A DNA stretch of 64,000 nucleotides, taken from positions 12,858 through 76,857 of the forward strand of contig JAPHSS010000035.1 of assembly GCA_026195255.1 (NCBI GenBank), in the 5' to 3' direction. Positions 9,990 through 17,808 of the stretch are shown here, in pieces (the stretch's first letter is position 1; the number at the start of each line of letters is the position of its first letter). This DNA comes from Gammaproteobacteria bacterium. GTDB taxonomy: Bacteria; Pseudomonadota; Gammaproteobacteria; SZUA-229. Below the pieces are notes generated by a model. That model saw only the letters and a program-made list of their open reading frames with translations. It was not told where the DNA came from and searched no databases. Made by a program: the position numbers and the translations under genes.

Positions 9990-10631
9990 CTAGTGCTCGC
10001 CTTTGGTGCGCAATAACCCGGCCAGTCTGTTACCCTGCTTCTGTGGTCCGCCTCGTGGAAATAATTTATGCAAATAATGATTACAGCCTTTATCACAACC
10101 CCACAGCTCACGAAAATGCTTAATAATGTCACGCACTGAGGCCTGACTATCATGCTCTGCATACCAGTCTCGCTGGTAACGAATCACTTCCCAATGCTCC
10201 TGGTTTAGCTTCAGACCTTCGTATTCTGCTAGTTGCTGTGTAAATGCTTCACTCCAGTCTCCCGGGTCGACGAGATAACCCTCACTATCCGTCAGCACTT
10301 CTTTTCCATTGACCATTATTTTACGTGTCGTCATATTCCGATAAGCATTACTACCCGATACCCCACCCGAAGCGGCACCTTCAGAGTTACCGCCGGTTTC
10401 AGTTAAATTTCGTAATTGAATAAGTATCTCACCATCTAATCGGCCCTGGTAACGCTCGACACCCTCAACGAGTACTTTGCCACTGGTGGCCGCCACATCA
10501 AAGCAAACTTTTCCTGTGCGGTCTGTAGGCGTTGGCCCAATCCGCTCGTTAGTGCCATCAAGAATAAGTTCCACGGGGGTCCGCTTTAATGGACTATTAC
10601 TGAATTTCATCGATACATTAATACAAATCAT
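9990..10631 (-). CDS. Fusion protein: unassigned N-terminal domain + Gly/Ser linker + DsrC/TusE-like domain lacking both arm cysteines
   Basis: Residues ~105-213 read KEVLTDSEGYLVDPGDWSEAF...HWEVIRYQRDWY...LFPRGGPQKQGNRLAGLLRTKGEH (DsrC/TusE pattern). The C-terminal arm contains no Cys. Residues 79-95 are a GGNSEGAASGGVSGS linker. The ATG overlaps the stop of the upstream 65-aa ORF (ATGA). Confidence 0.7.
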   Translation of the reverse strand: MICINVSMKFSNSPLKRTPVELILDGTNERIGPTPTDRTGKVCFDVAATSGKVLVEGVERYQGRLDGEILIQLRNLTETGGNSEGAASGGVSGSNAYRNMTTRKIMVNGKEVLTDSEGYLVDPGDWSEAFTQQLAEYEGLKLNQEHWEVIRYQRDWYAEHDSQASVRDIIKHFRELWGCDKGCNHYLHKLFPRGGPQKQGNRLAGLLRTKGEH

Positions 10632-10825
10632 ACTGCTTTAACCTTCATACATACGTTAGACCTGACCACCGATAAATCCACCCGATTCACTTGTGTAGAC
10701 ATTCTTAACCACCTTACACACTTTTCCTGGTGCAAGTTCAACATCTTACGATGTAATGACTTTTTTAATTTAACAACGTTATACAACATGGCAACACCAA
10801 ATGGAATGGTTATCGGTTCAAACAT
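10628..10825 (-). CDS. Small hypothetical protein (65 aa; hydrophobic N-terminus, basic remainder)
   Basis: AGGAG lies 8 nt upstream of the ATG at 10825, and the stop overlaps the next gene's ATG (ATGA). No homology recognised. Confidence 0.4.
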   Translation of the reverse strand: MFEPITIPFGVAMLYNVVKLKKSLHRKMLNLHQEKCVRWLRMSTQVNRVDLSVVRSNVCMKVKAV

Positions 10826-10873
10826 AATAGCTGCTCCTAAGAAATAAAACTGACACTGGTAAATTGAAAAACT

Positions 10874-11485
10874 TTACTCTGCCTCAGGCTTTTTAAAGTG
10901 ATCGAAAAACATTTTTACTAAATCAGAACGGGTAATCATGCCAACAACGTGTTTTTCCTCATCACAAACAATGACACGTTTAATCTGGTTTTGTTTCATT
11001 ACACCCAGCACCTGCTGGAGTGTGTGCTGTGGTGTAATAGTAACCACATTTGCCACCATCAGGTCGGCGACCACACCTACAGGCTCACGAATCTTTACCG
11101 ACTTATGAAACATGTTTTCTAATGTTTGCCAGACACTGTGTGATGTATGGTGAGATGGCACACCCAGTGCGCGTAAAAAATCCGCTTCGGTAATAATACC
11201 GACCAGTTTGTCGTTATCATCAACCACAGGTAAACCGCTAATTTTGGATGACACCATCAGGTGTGCTGCATCAGACAGTGTAGTATCTGTATGCACCGTT
11301 ATAACCGGTTGAGTCATTAAACTCTCTACCTGACGACCTTCTTTTTTGCGTATGCGGGCATATTTTTCTGCTTTCAGGTGAATCGCCATGAGATCATCCA
11401 CTGAAACATCTACATACGTGCCCATTTCTTGCAGCGCCATGAGAAAGTCATTTGCCTCCAGGTGATCTGCATCTTGTTTATCCAT
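10874..11485 (-). CDS. CBS domain pair protein
   Basis: Two CBS-like repeats: MTQPVITVHTDTTLSDAAHLMVSSKISGLPVVDDNDKLVGIITEADFLRALG and MVANVVTITPQHTLQQVLGVMKQNQIKRVIVCDEEKHVVGMITRSDLV. Confidence 0.8.
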   Translation of the reverse strand: MDKQDADHLEANDFLMALQEMGTYVDVSVDDLMAIHLKAEKYARIRKKEGRQVESLMTQPVITVHTDTTLSDAAHLMVSSKISGLPVVDDNDKLVGIITEADFLRALGVPSHHTSHSVWQTLENMFHKSVKIREPVGVVADLMVANVVTITPQHTLQQVLGVMKQNQIKRVIVCDEEKHVVGMITRSDLVKMFFDHFKKPEAE

Positions 11486-12147
11486 GTTTATAGCCTTTAA
11501 TTTAGTTAACTTAAGTAACCTTATTCAGTAACTATATAAGACCTGGTTTATATAAGACAAACGATTTATACTGCATATTGTTATCGGAATACCCGATATC
11601 AAATACCTGTATATTAACTGTATTGAAAATTAGCTGTTATTTGCCGCTGATGTCAGTGTCGCTGAAAATTAACGCTCTGCATATAACATAACCCACAGCA
11701 GGCATCTGACTACGCTAATTTCGGTGTTGTGGAGGTCACTCATTTGAATCTTAACCTTTCGATGCACCACTCACTCCGTTAGAAAAACAGTTTATGCTTC
11801 AAGCTAAATTGTCTGTAATAACGTAAGCAGGTGCTTTAAAGTTGCGCTACCAGTTCGCGATGACGCGAGTTTCAACATTTGTTTACGTCGCGCATTATCA
11901 TAAGTCTTACTTTTGCAGTGAACTGGCCAAATACGACGTACTGCGCTCAATATTGCTAAATGAAATGAGATTGGTTTTGAGGACAACCTACTGTGCCGTG
12001 TGATAGAAGGCATCATAGTTGAGGCTGTTATTCATGCCTGTCAGCGCGGGTATAAATCACTGATCTATATAGCGTACTCATGTAGAAGTGATTCAATCTC
12101 CATGAAACAGGTGATTGATAACCGGGAACATGATCTTGTTAACGACT

Positions 12148-12714
12148 TCAGACTACTTCTTCATGCTCTCGACAGATCAGCTGAATTTCCTTACTGGATA
12201 AAGGCTCCTGCGTCAGATTACAAAAGTAACGATCAGCTTTTATTTTCTGGTTAAACCGGCAGCTATGACAAACACCAAAGGTTTTCATGCCATTAGTGCG
12301 TTGTGTCGTTTGTAACAACTCTTTTAAACAACTCACAATCTGTGTTTGCGATTCATCTGACAAATGCTGACACGCTTCTTTAAACTGGCGCGAGGGGATG
12401 AATTGCTGCAATAATTTATCTCCTGCACTGGTTAGTTTTAAATGCACCACCCTTTTATCGTTATCATCAGTAACTTTCCTTAAAAATCCTTTTTTTTCAA
12501 GAACCTTTAATGTCTGTGAAACCGTGCCTTTGGTTTGCCCTAAATATTCGCTGGTAGCCTTTGGTGTATCTGAATATCGGTTACAAACGGATAAATAATG
12601 CAAAGCCTCCAGTTGCACAGGTTGCAGGCCATGTTCTGCTCCATCTCGGCGCGAGTCAACACGTAACAGATTACCTAGTCGTTCGATATAGTCATAGATC
12701 TGGTTTGTTTTCAT
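12148..12714 (-). CDS. MarR family regulator with Cys-rich C-terminal extension
   Basis: Winged-HTH region LQPVQLEALHYLSVCNRYSDTPKATSEYLGQTKGTVSQTLKVLEKKGFLRKVTDDNDKRVVHLKLT. The C-terminus CHSCRFNQKIKADRYFCNLTQEPLSSKEIQLICREH carries four Cys. The start is taken at Met36 (MKTNQ). Confidence 0.75.
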   Translation of the reverse strand: MKTNQIYDYIERLGNLLRVDSRRDGAEHGLQPVQLEALHYLSVCNRYSDTPKATSEYLGQTKGTVSQTLKVLEKKGFLRKVTDDNDKRVVHLKLTSAGDKLLQQFIPSRQFKEACQHLSDESQTQIVSCLKELLQTTQRTNGMKTFGVCHSCRFNQKIKADRYFCNLTQEPLSSKEIQLICREHEEVV

Positions 12715-12723
12715 AAGACTATA

Positions 12724-12794
12724 GTATCGAATCAATACTATCTTGACAAGACAATATCTATTATGCATACTTTTATATAGTATCGATTCGATAC
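12724..12794. promoter_or_regulatory. Two 15-bp palindromes (GTATCGA-N-TCGATAC type), candidate MarR operators
   Basis: GTATCGAATCAATAC at 12724-12738 has one mismatch. GTATCGATTCGATAC at 12780-12794 is a perfect 7-1-7 palindrome. Both follow ATA (shared 5' string ATAGTATCGA). They lie between the divergent marR-like and thioredoxin-like genes, and TTGACA at 12743-12748 lies between them. Confidence 0.55.
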
Positions 12795-12817
12795 CATAAT
12801 CACTTGAGGATAATATC

Positions 12818-13051
12818 ATGAATAAAGCTATTTTTTACCATGCAGGCTGCCCAGTTTGTGTCAGTGCCGAACAACAGGTACTGGAAGCACTGGATAAAAA
12901 TCGTTATGACATTGAAATTGTTCATTTAGGCGAAGACTCATCTCGAATTAGCGAAGCAGAAAAAGTTGGTATTAAATCTGTGCCTGCTCTATTGCTGGAT
13001 GGTGCTGCTTTTCATATCAATTTCGGCGCTGCCATAAGTGACCTAAAGTAA
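12818..13051 (+). CDS. Small thioredoxin-fold protein (CPVC motif)
   Basis: 77 aa. MNKAIFYHAGCPVCVSAEQQ...IKSVPALLLDG is typical of the short glutaredoxin/thioredoxin-like family. Confidence 0.7.
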   Translation: MNKAIFYHAGCPVCVSAEQQVLEALDKNRYDIEIVHLGEDSSRISEAEKVGIKSVPALLLDGAAFHINFGAAISDLK

Positions 13052-13067
13052 TCATAAAACATTATAA

Positions 13068-13090
13068 CCTCGGAGAATCTCCGGGGTTTT
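13068..13090 (+). terminator. Hairpin followed by a T-run, possibly an intrinsic terminator or attenuator
   Basis: CCTCGGAGA-A-TCTCCGGGG followed by TTTT, located between the thioredoxin-like gene and the P460 gene. Confidence 0.45.
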
Positions 13091-13107
13091 AAATAAGGAG
13101 TAATGAA

Positions 13108-13590
13108 ATGAATTTATTATATAAAATGCTTGTCATCTGTATTACATTTTTTTCAGTATCACTCAGTTATGCTGAAAATTATAAAGTGCCCTACCCTGAC
13201 GGATATCGAAACTGGACGCACATTAAATCCATGATCATTGAACCAGGCCACTCTCTGGAAAATCCTTTTCAGGGAATCCACCATATCTATGCAAATAAAA
13301 AAGCTCTAAAAGGATTAAACGAAGGTAAATATTCTGATGGCGCCGTACTGGTTTTTGATTTACTTAATTATGTAAAAAAAGATAAAACAATACAGGAGTC
13401 GGAGCGGAAATTAGTAGGCGTGATGGTGAAAAATACTAAAAAGTATAAAAATACAGGTGGTTGGGGTTTTGAAGGTTTTGCCGCTAATAGCAAGACCAAA
13501 AGATTAACAAACGATGGCGGTAGTTCCTGTTTTGCCTGTCATGCGCCACTTACAAAAGAGGATTACGTATATTCACAATATAGAGAGTGA
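13108..13590 (+). CDS. Cytochrome P460 family protein (periplasmic monoheme)
   Basis: Signal peptide, a single C-terminal heme motif CFACH, and GGWGFEGF upstream of it. Size of 160 aa is typical of the family. Confidence 0.65.
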   Translation: MNLLYKMLVICITFFSVSLSYAENYKVPYPDGYRNWTHIKSMIIEPGHSLENPFQGIHHIYANKKALKGLNEGKYSDGAVLVFDLLNYVKKDKTIQESERKLVGVMVKNTKKYKNTGGWGFEGFAANSKTKRLTNDGGSSCFACHAPLTKEDYVYSQYRE

Positions 13591-13637
13591 AACACCTCAG
13601 TATGAGTTAGTACTATCCATCTAACATAAAAGATATC

Positions 13638-13681
13638 GTCACACCCGAAAGCATCATCGCTTAGATCTTTTCGGGTGTGAC
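13638..13681 (+). terminator. 13-bp-stem hairpin downstream of the P460 gene
   Basis: GTCACACCCGAAA ... TTTCGGGTGTGAC with an 18-nt loop and no clean T-run after it. Confidence 0.4.
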
Positions 13682-14536
13682 ATACATCTAAAGAAAATAT
13701 GACAACAATAAGTCCGACCTGCATAACTTCAGCCGCATATCTATCACTTTATTACGTTCGCTTAGGGTCAACAGTGAAACTTAAACTTTTTCAAGAATCA
13801 AAGTTTTAACAACAAACATAATTTAAATTTATTTTCTTTAAGTTAAAAAAGTGTATATAAAAAATACACACGACTTTTTCAAAAAACATCAAATTCCTGT
13901 GTCAGTATAATTAATTAAATATAAAACACATTTACTAAATAATTTTAAAAATATATCGACCTTCGATAAATATAAATTACTGTTATGCATACTCTCACGC
14001 ATTTTATAAAGAATTTTTATATAACCATTTGCACTTCCTGGTTAGTTTTATCTTAATAAACTATTTATTAACGCCGCTTTTACGGAGTAGTTTGATGTCA
14101 GTAATATTTAGCCAAAGTCACTTATTCTGTATATCGGATCAACTTTATGTCTGCGTTATTTGAATATTACAGAATGTCACTAATTAAAATAAAATGAGGT
14201 TTATTTCAATTCATGTTAAAATCCGCGTCATTAAACGATTCGAACTACAAAAAATAATGCTAGTTTACAAAAATCAGACATCTACACCACCATAACACTA
14301 AATATCTTCAGTGGGCTCGTCTCGCCCACTTCATACGTAGGTGTAAACAAAACCCCACACCTATAAACAGTGCTATAAAATCAACACATCATCCAGGCTA
14401 CATTTGTTTTAACTTATAATTAAATGGCCAGATAGTTGGTATTAAGCATCACCAGGTATTAAAACCTGTCATGTAATTGTCAGCACGAATCGTCAATTTT
14501 TATATGGCTTAATTTATAACAGCGTTGGAATAATGA

Positions 14537-16015
14537 ATGATCTTATCTATAAAAAACAACTGGTTCAGTAATATCCGTGGCGATCTTCTCGCGGGTATGG
14601 TCGTCGCGCTTGCCCTGATCCCTGAAGCCATTGCCTTCTCCATTATTGCAGGAGTAGACCCAAAGGTAGGATTGTATGCCTCTTTTTGTATTGCTGTGGT
14701 AATTGCCTTTGTTGGTGGCCGACCTGGAATGATCTCTGCCGCTACCGGCGCAATGGCATTACTTATGGTGTTACTGGTCAAGGAGCACGGTCTTGAATAT
14801 TTACTGGCTGCCACACTGCTTACCGGTATTCTGCAAATCGGCGCCGGTTACCTGAAGTTAGGTTCATTAATGCGTTTTGTTTCTCGCTCCGTGGTTACCG
14901 GTTTCGTTAATGCTTTAGCCATTCTCATTTTTATGGCGCAGTTACCCGAACTCATTGGCGTCACCTGGCACGTCTATGCCATGACCGCTGGCGGGCTAGC
15001 CATTATTTACCTGTTCCCCTATCTGACCCGAGCGATACCATCGCCATTGGTTACTATTATAGTACTCACGGCTATTGCCATATACTTTGGTCTGGATATT
15101 CGCACAGTGGGCGATATGGGAGAGTTACCCGATACGCTGCCAGTTTTTCTGTGGCCTGATGTACCTCTTAATTTTGAAACCCTGATGATCATCTTTCCCT
15201 ATTCTATTTCTTTAGCCATCGTCGGTCTGCTCGAATCATTAATGACAGCAACCATTGTTGATGACCTTACAGATACGAGCAGTGATAAAAACCGTGAGTG
15301 TAAAGCCCAGGGTGTTGCTAATATTGCCTCAGGACTCATTGGGGGTATGGCAGGATGCGCGATGATTGGCCAGTCTATAATCAATGTAAAATCAGGTGGC
15401 CGCACCCGGTTATCTACCCTGGCAGCCGGCATATTTCTCTTATTAATGGTTGTTTTTATGGATGAGTGGGTTGCACAAATTCCTATGGCTGCATTGGTGG
15501 CTGTTATGATCATGGTCTCAATCGGCACCTTTAGCTGGGAGTCGCTGCTTAACCTGAGAAAACATCCTATGGGTACCAATATTGTGATGCTTGCCACGGT
15601 TGTTGTTGTCGTCTTTACACACAATCTTGCCTATGGTGTTTTTGTTGGCGTATTAATAGCCTCGCTATCTTTTGCCAATAAAGTCGCTCATTTCGAATAC
15701 GTAACCTCTGAAATTAATAAACAGGGCACACAACGTATCTATCATGTCGTGGGCGGAGTATTCTTCGCTTCAGCCGATAAGTTTGTTGAATTTTTCGATT
15801 TCAAAGAGGCTATTAATAAGGTGGTTATCGATCTAACGCATGCTCATTTCTGGGATATAACTGCGGTAGCCGCACTCGACAAAGTTGTACTGAAGTTTCG
15901 CCGGGAAGGCACAGAGGTAGAACTAAAAGGTCTCAATGAAGCAAGCACCACTATCGTTGATCGTTTTGCGGTACACGATAGTCCTGAAGATATAGATAAG
16001 ATAATGGGCAACTAA
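14537..16015 (+). CDS. SulP family anion permease with C-terminal STAS domain
   Basis: N-terminus [41 protein letters not shown], many TM segments, and a C-terminal STAS-like [14 protein letters not shown]...[21 protein letters not shown]. Confidence 0.85.
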   Translation: MILSIKNNWFSNIRGDLLAGMVVALALIPEAIAFSIIAGVDPKVGLYASFCIAVVIAFVGGRPGMISAATGAMALLMVLLVKEHGLEYLLAATLLTGILQIGAGYLKLGSLMRFVSRSVVTGFVNALAILIFMAQLPELIGVTWHVYAMTAGGLAIIYLFPYLTRAIPSPLVTIIVLTAIAIYFGLDIRTVGDMGELPDTLPVFLWPDVPLNFETLMIIFPYSISLAIVGLLESLMTATIVDDLTDTSSDKNRECKAQGVANIASGLIGGMAGCAMIGQSIINVKSGGRTRLSTLAAGIFLLLMVVFMDEWVAQIPMAALVAVMIMVSIGTFSWESLLNLRKHPMGTNIVMLATVVVVVFTHNLAYGVFVGVLIASLSFANKVAHFEYVTSEINKQGTQRIYHVVGGVFFASADKFVEFFDFKEAINKVVIDLTHAHFWDITAVAALDKVVLKFRREGTEVELKGLNEASTTIVDRFAVHDSPEDIDKIMGN

Positions 16016-16029
16016 CCGGGAATTTTAAG

Positions 16030-16872
16030 ATGACTAAAGTAATTGCATGTATTGATGGTACTGACGTATCAACCGCAGTATCTGACTGCGCTTCCTGGGC
16101 CAGCTTACGTCTCGAAGCGCCTCTGGAGTTTCTTCATGTGCTGGATAAATCTGAATACCCCATTAAAAGTGACCTGAGTGGAAATATAGGTTTCGGGAGT
16201 CAGCAAGACCTGTTGCAGGAGCTGGCTGATATTGATGAGAAACGTGGAAAACTTGCCCTGGAACAAGGCAAACGAATGTTAGAAGCAGCCATGCAACGTG
16301 CTATATCAAAGGGCGTAAGTGAGCCTGGAAGCCGCCAGCGTCATGGTAATTTGGTAGAAACCCTTACCGGAATGGAGAGCCAGATACGTTTACTGATATT
16401 AGGTAAACACGTGCAAAACCTGAATGATCATATCGGTAGTCGTGTTGAGAATGTGGTTCGCACCATGCATCGCCCGATACTCCTCACAACAAAAGAATTC
16501 AATGCACCGCAACAGATCATGATTGCATTTGACGGCAGTGATACAACACGCAAGGGTGTTGAAATGGTAGCAAGCAGCCCGTTATTTCGTGGTTTAACAT
16601 GCCACCTTGTCATGGTAGGTGAGAAAACCCAGGCAAATCAGGAGCAACTAAAATGGGCGCAAACATTACTTGAAAATGCCGGCTTTGAAACCCCTGCAAA
16701 AATAATCAGCGGCGAAGTTGAACGTGCGTTGTGCGAGTATCGATCAGAACACAATATTCATATGTTGGTGATGGGAGCCTATGGGCATTCTGTGATTCGC
16801 CGTTTTTTAATCGGCAGCACCACGACTAGCGTAATACGCAATGCCAAAATACCGGTACTATTATTACGTTAG
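16030..16872 (+). CDS. Universal stress protein, tandem Usp domains
   Basis: 280 aa with two Usp-like halves. The C-terminus LVMGAYGHSVIRRFLIGSTTTSVIRNAKIPVLLLR is the typical Usp motif. Confidence 0.8.
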   Translation: MTKVIACIDGTDVSTAVSDCASWASLRLEAPLEFLHVLDKSEYPIKSDLSGNIGFGSQQDLLQELADIDEKRGKLALEQGKRMLEAAMQRAISKGVSEPGSRQRHGNLVETLTGMESQIRLLILGKHVQNLNDHIGSRVENVVRTMHRPILLTTKEFNAPQQIMIAFDGSDTTRKGVEMVASSPLFRGLTCHLVMVGEKTQANQEQLKWAQTLLENAGFETPAKIISGEVERALCEYRSEHNIHMLVMGAYGHSVIRRFLIGSTTTSVIRNAKIPVLLLR

Positions 16873-16940
16873 TTTTTAATGTTACCGATGATTAAATGAC
16901 TGTTGATTGAGCTCGTTTACTAAGCTAATAACCTGGAGTG

Positions 16941-17100
16941 TCTGCTTCTTAAACTTTGATAAGTCAGAAGCAGAAGAAAACGCACAAAAATGTAGGATAC
17001 GTTTTGAACGTACCTTAATGCGACCCTGAAAGCGCGAAGCGCAGGAGCGCGTAGTAAATGGTCACTTAAACATCCCGTAGCCGTGACATTAGTGCATCCA
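16941..17100. repeat. Non-coding structured element; its purine-rich head is related to repeats at 51510-51731
   Basis: Contains a 9-bp-stem hairpin (TCTGCTTCT at 16941-16949 pairing with AGAAGCAGA at 16966-16974), the head AAGTCAGAAGCAGAAGAAAACGCACAAAAATG, and a second hairpin TAGGATACGT-TTTGA-ACGTACCTTA. It lies between convergent genes. Confidence 0.35.
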
Positions 17101-17157
17101 AACACGTCAACGCAAGCTTACTTCACTTTAACTGTTTTCTTTTCATCTGTTAAAACC

Positions 17158-17808
17158 TTAACGGATATTCTGAGGTTCATCTTTCTCCAGGTAAGCCTCT
17201 TCTTCTTTCGTTAGCTCCACCTCATCAAAACCATTGATCATCGGCATAACATGATCTTTAAATGATTCACCAGTAGTTAGCAAATAGACATGTATGATGA
17301 TGAACATCAGAATAGCAAAAGCGACTGCGGTATGTATCATGGCTACCCACAAAAGTGTTTCACCGGAGGCCGCCCCGCCCCAGACAGGATAGAATAGATA
17401 TATCAGGCCACTGATCCAGATCGCTGGAAAGAGGATCAATTTTAGCGCCAGATAGGATAACGCCTGTAATGGATTATGTTTTCGCCAGTAGGCCTTACGA
17501 TAAGGGTGACGCTCTCCCTTGAAAATCCCATAGACATAGAATCTTGCTACCTTTAACAGGCCATTGGTGGTGGGTACATAATGACGCCAGGTGCCGGTAG
17601 TCAGGTGCCAGAAGATAGCAAACACCCATAAAACCAGAAGCCCCAGTGCGCCGGCTGTGTGCAGGCTAACCTGGGTTTTGAAATCCAGCAAATCGTGAAA
17701 TCCGTGAATACCAAAACCGGTAAACAGTAAGGTCATAATTAACAGCACCTGCGTCCAGTGCCAGAAACGCTCAAAGCGACTAAACAGCATTATGCGACGT
17801 AAACTCAT
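17158..17808 (-). CDS. Membrane di-heme cytochrome b (bacterial cytochrome b561 / Ni-Fe hydrogenase b-subunit-like)
   Basis: 216 aa, four TM segments with conserved His (FERFWHWTQ, FWHLTTGTWRHY, MIHTAVA, IIHVYLLT). It overlaps the stop of the octaheme gene by 4 nt. Confidence 0.7.
   Translation of the reverse strand: MSLRRIMLFSRFERFWHWTQVLLIMTLLFTGFGIHGFHDLLDFKTQVSLHTAGALGLLVLWVFAIFWHLTTGTWRHYVPTTNGLLKVARFYVYGIFKGERHPYRKAYWRKHNPLQALSYLALKLILFPAIWISGLIYLFYPVWGGAASGETLLWVAMIHTAVAFAILMFIIIHVYLLTTGESFKDHVMPMINGFDEVELTKEEEAYLEKDEPQNIR

Noticed and set aside
11804-12254. ORFs of 70 aa (minus strand) and 84 aa (plus strand) in the 660-bp gap between the marR-like and CBS genes.
   Set aside because: Their products are basic or low-complexity with no motifs, they lack a convincing Shine-Dalgarno sequence, and the plus-strand ORF overlaps the marR-like 3' end. 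The gap remains unexplained, but these ORFs are not credible.
16920-17105. A 61-aa minus-strand ORF across the structured element downstream of the Usp gene.
   Set aside because: It coincides with hairpin-forming repeat sequence between convergent genes, encodes an Arg/Leu-rich product and has no RBS. I treat it as non-coding.
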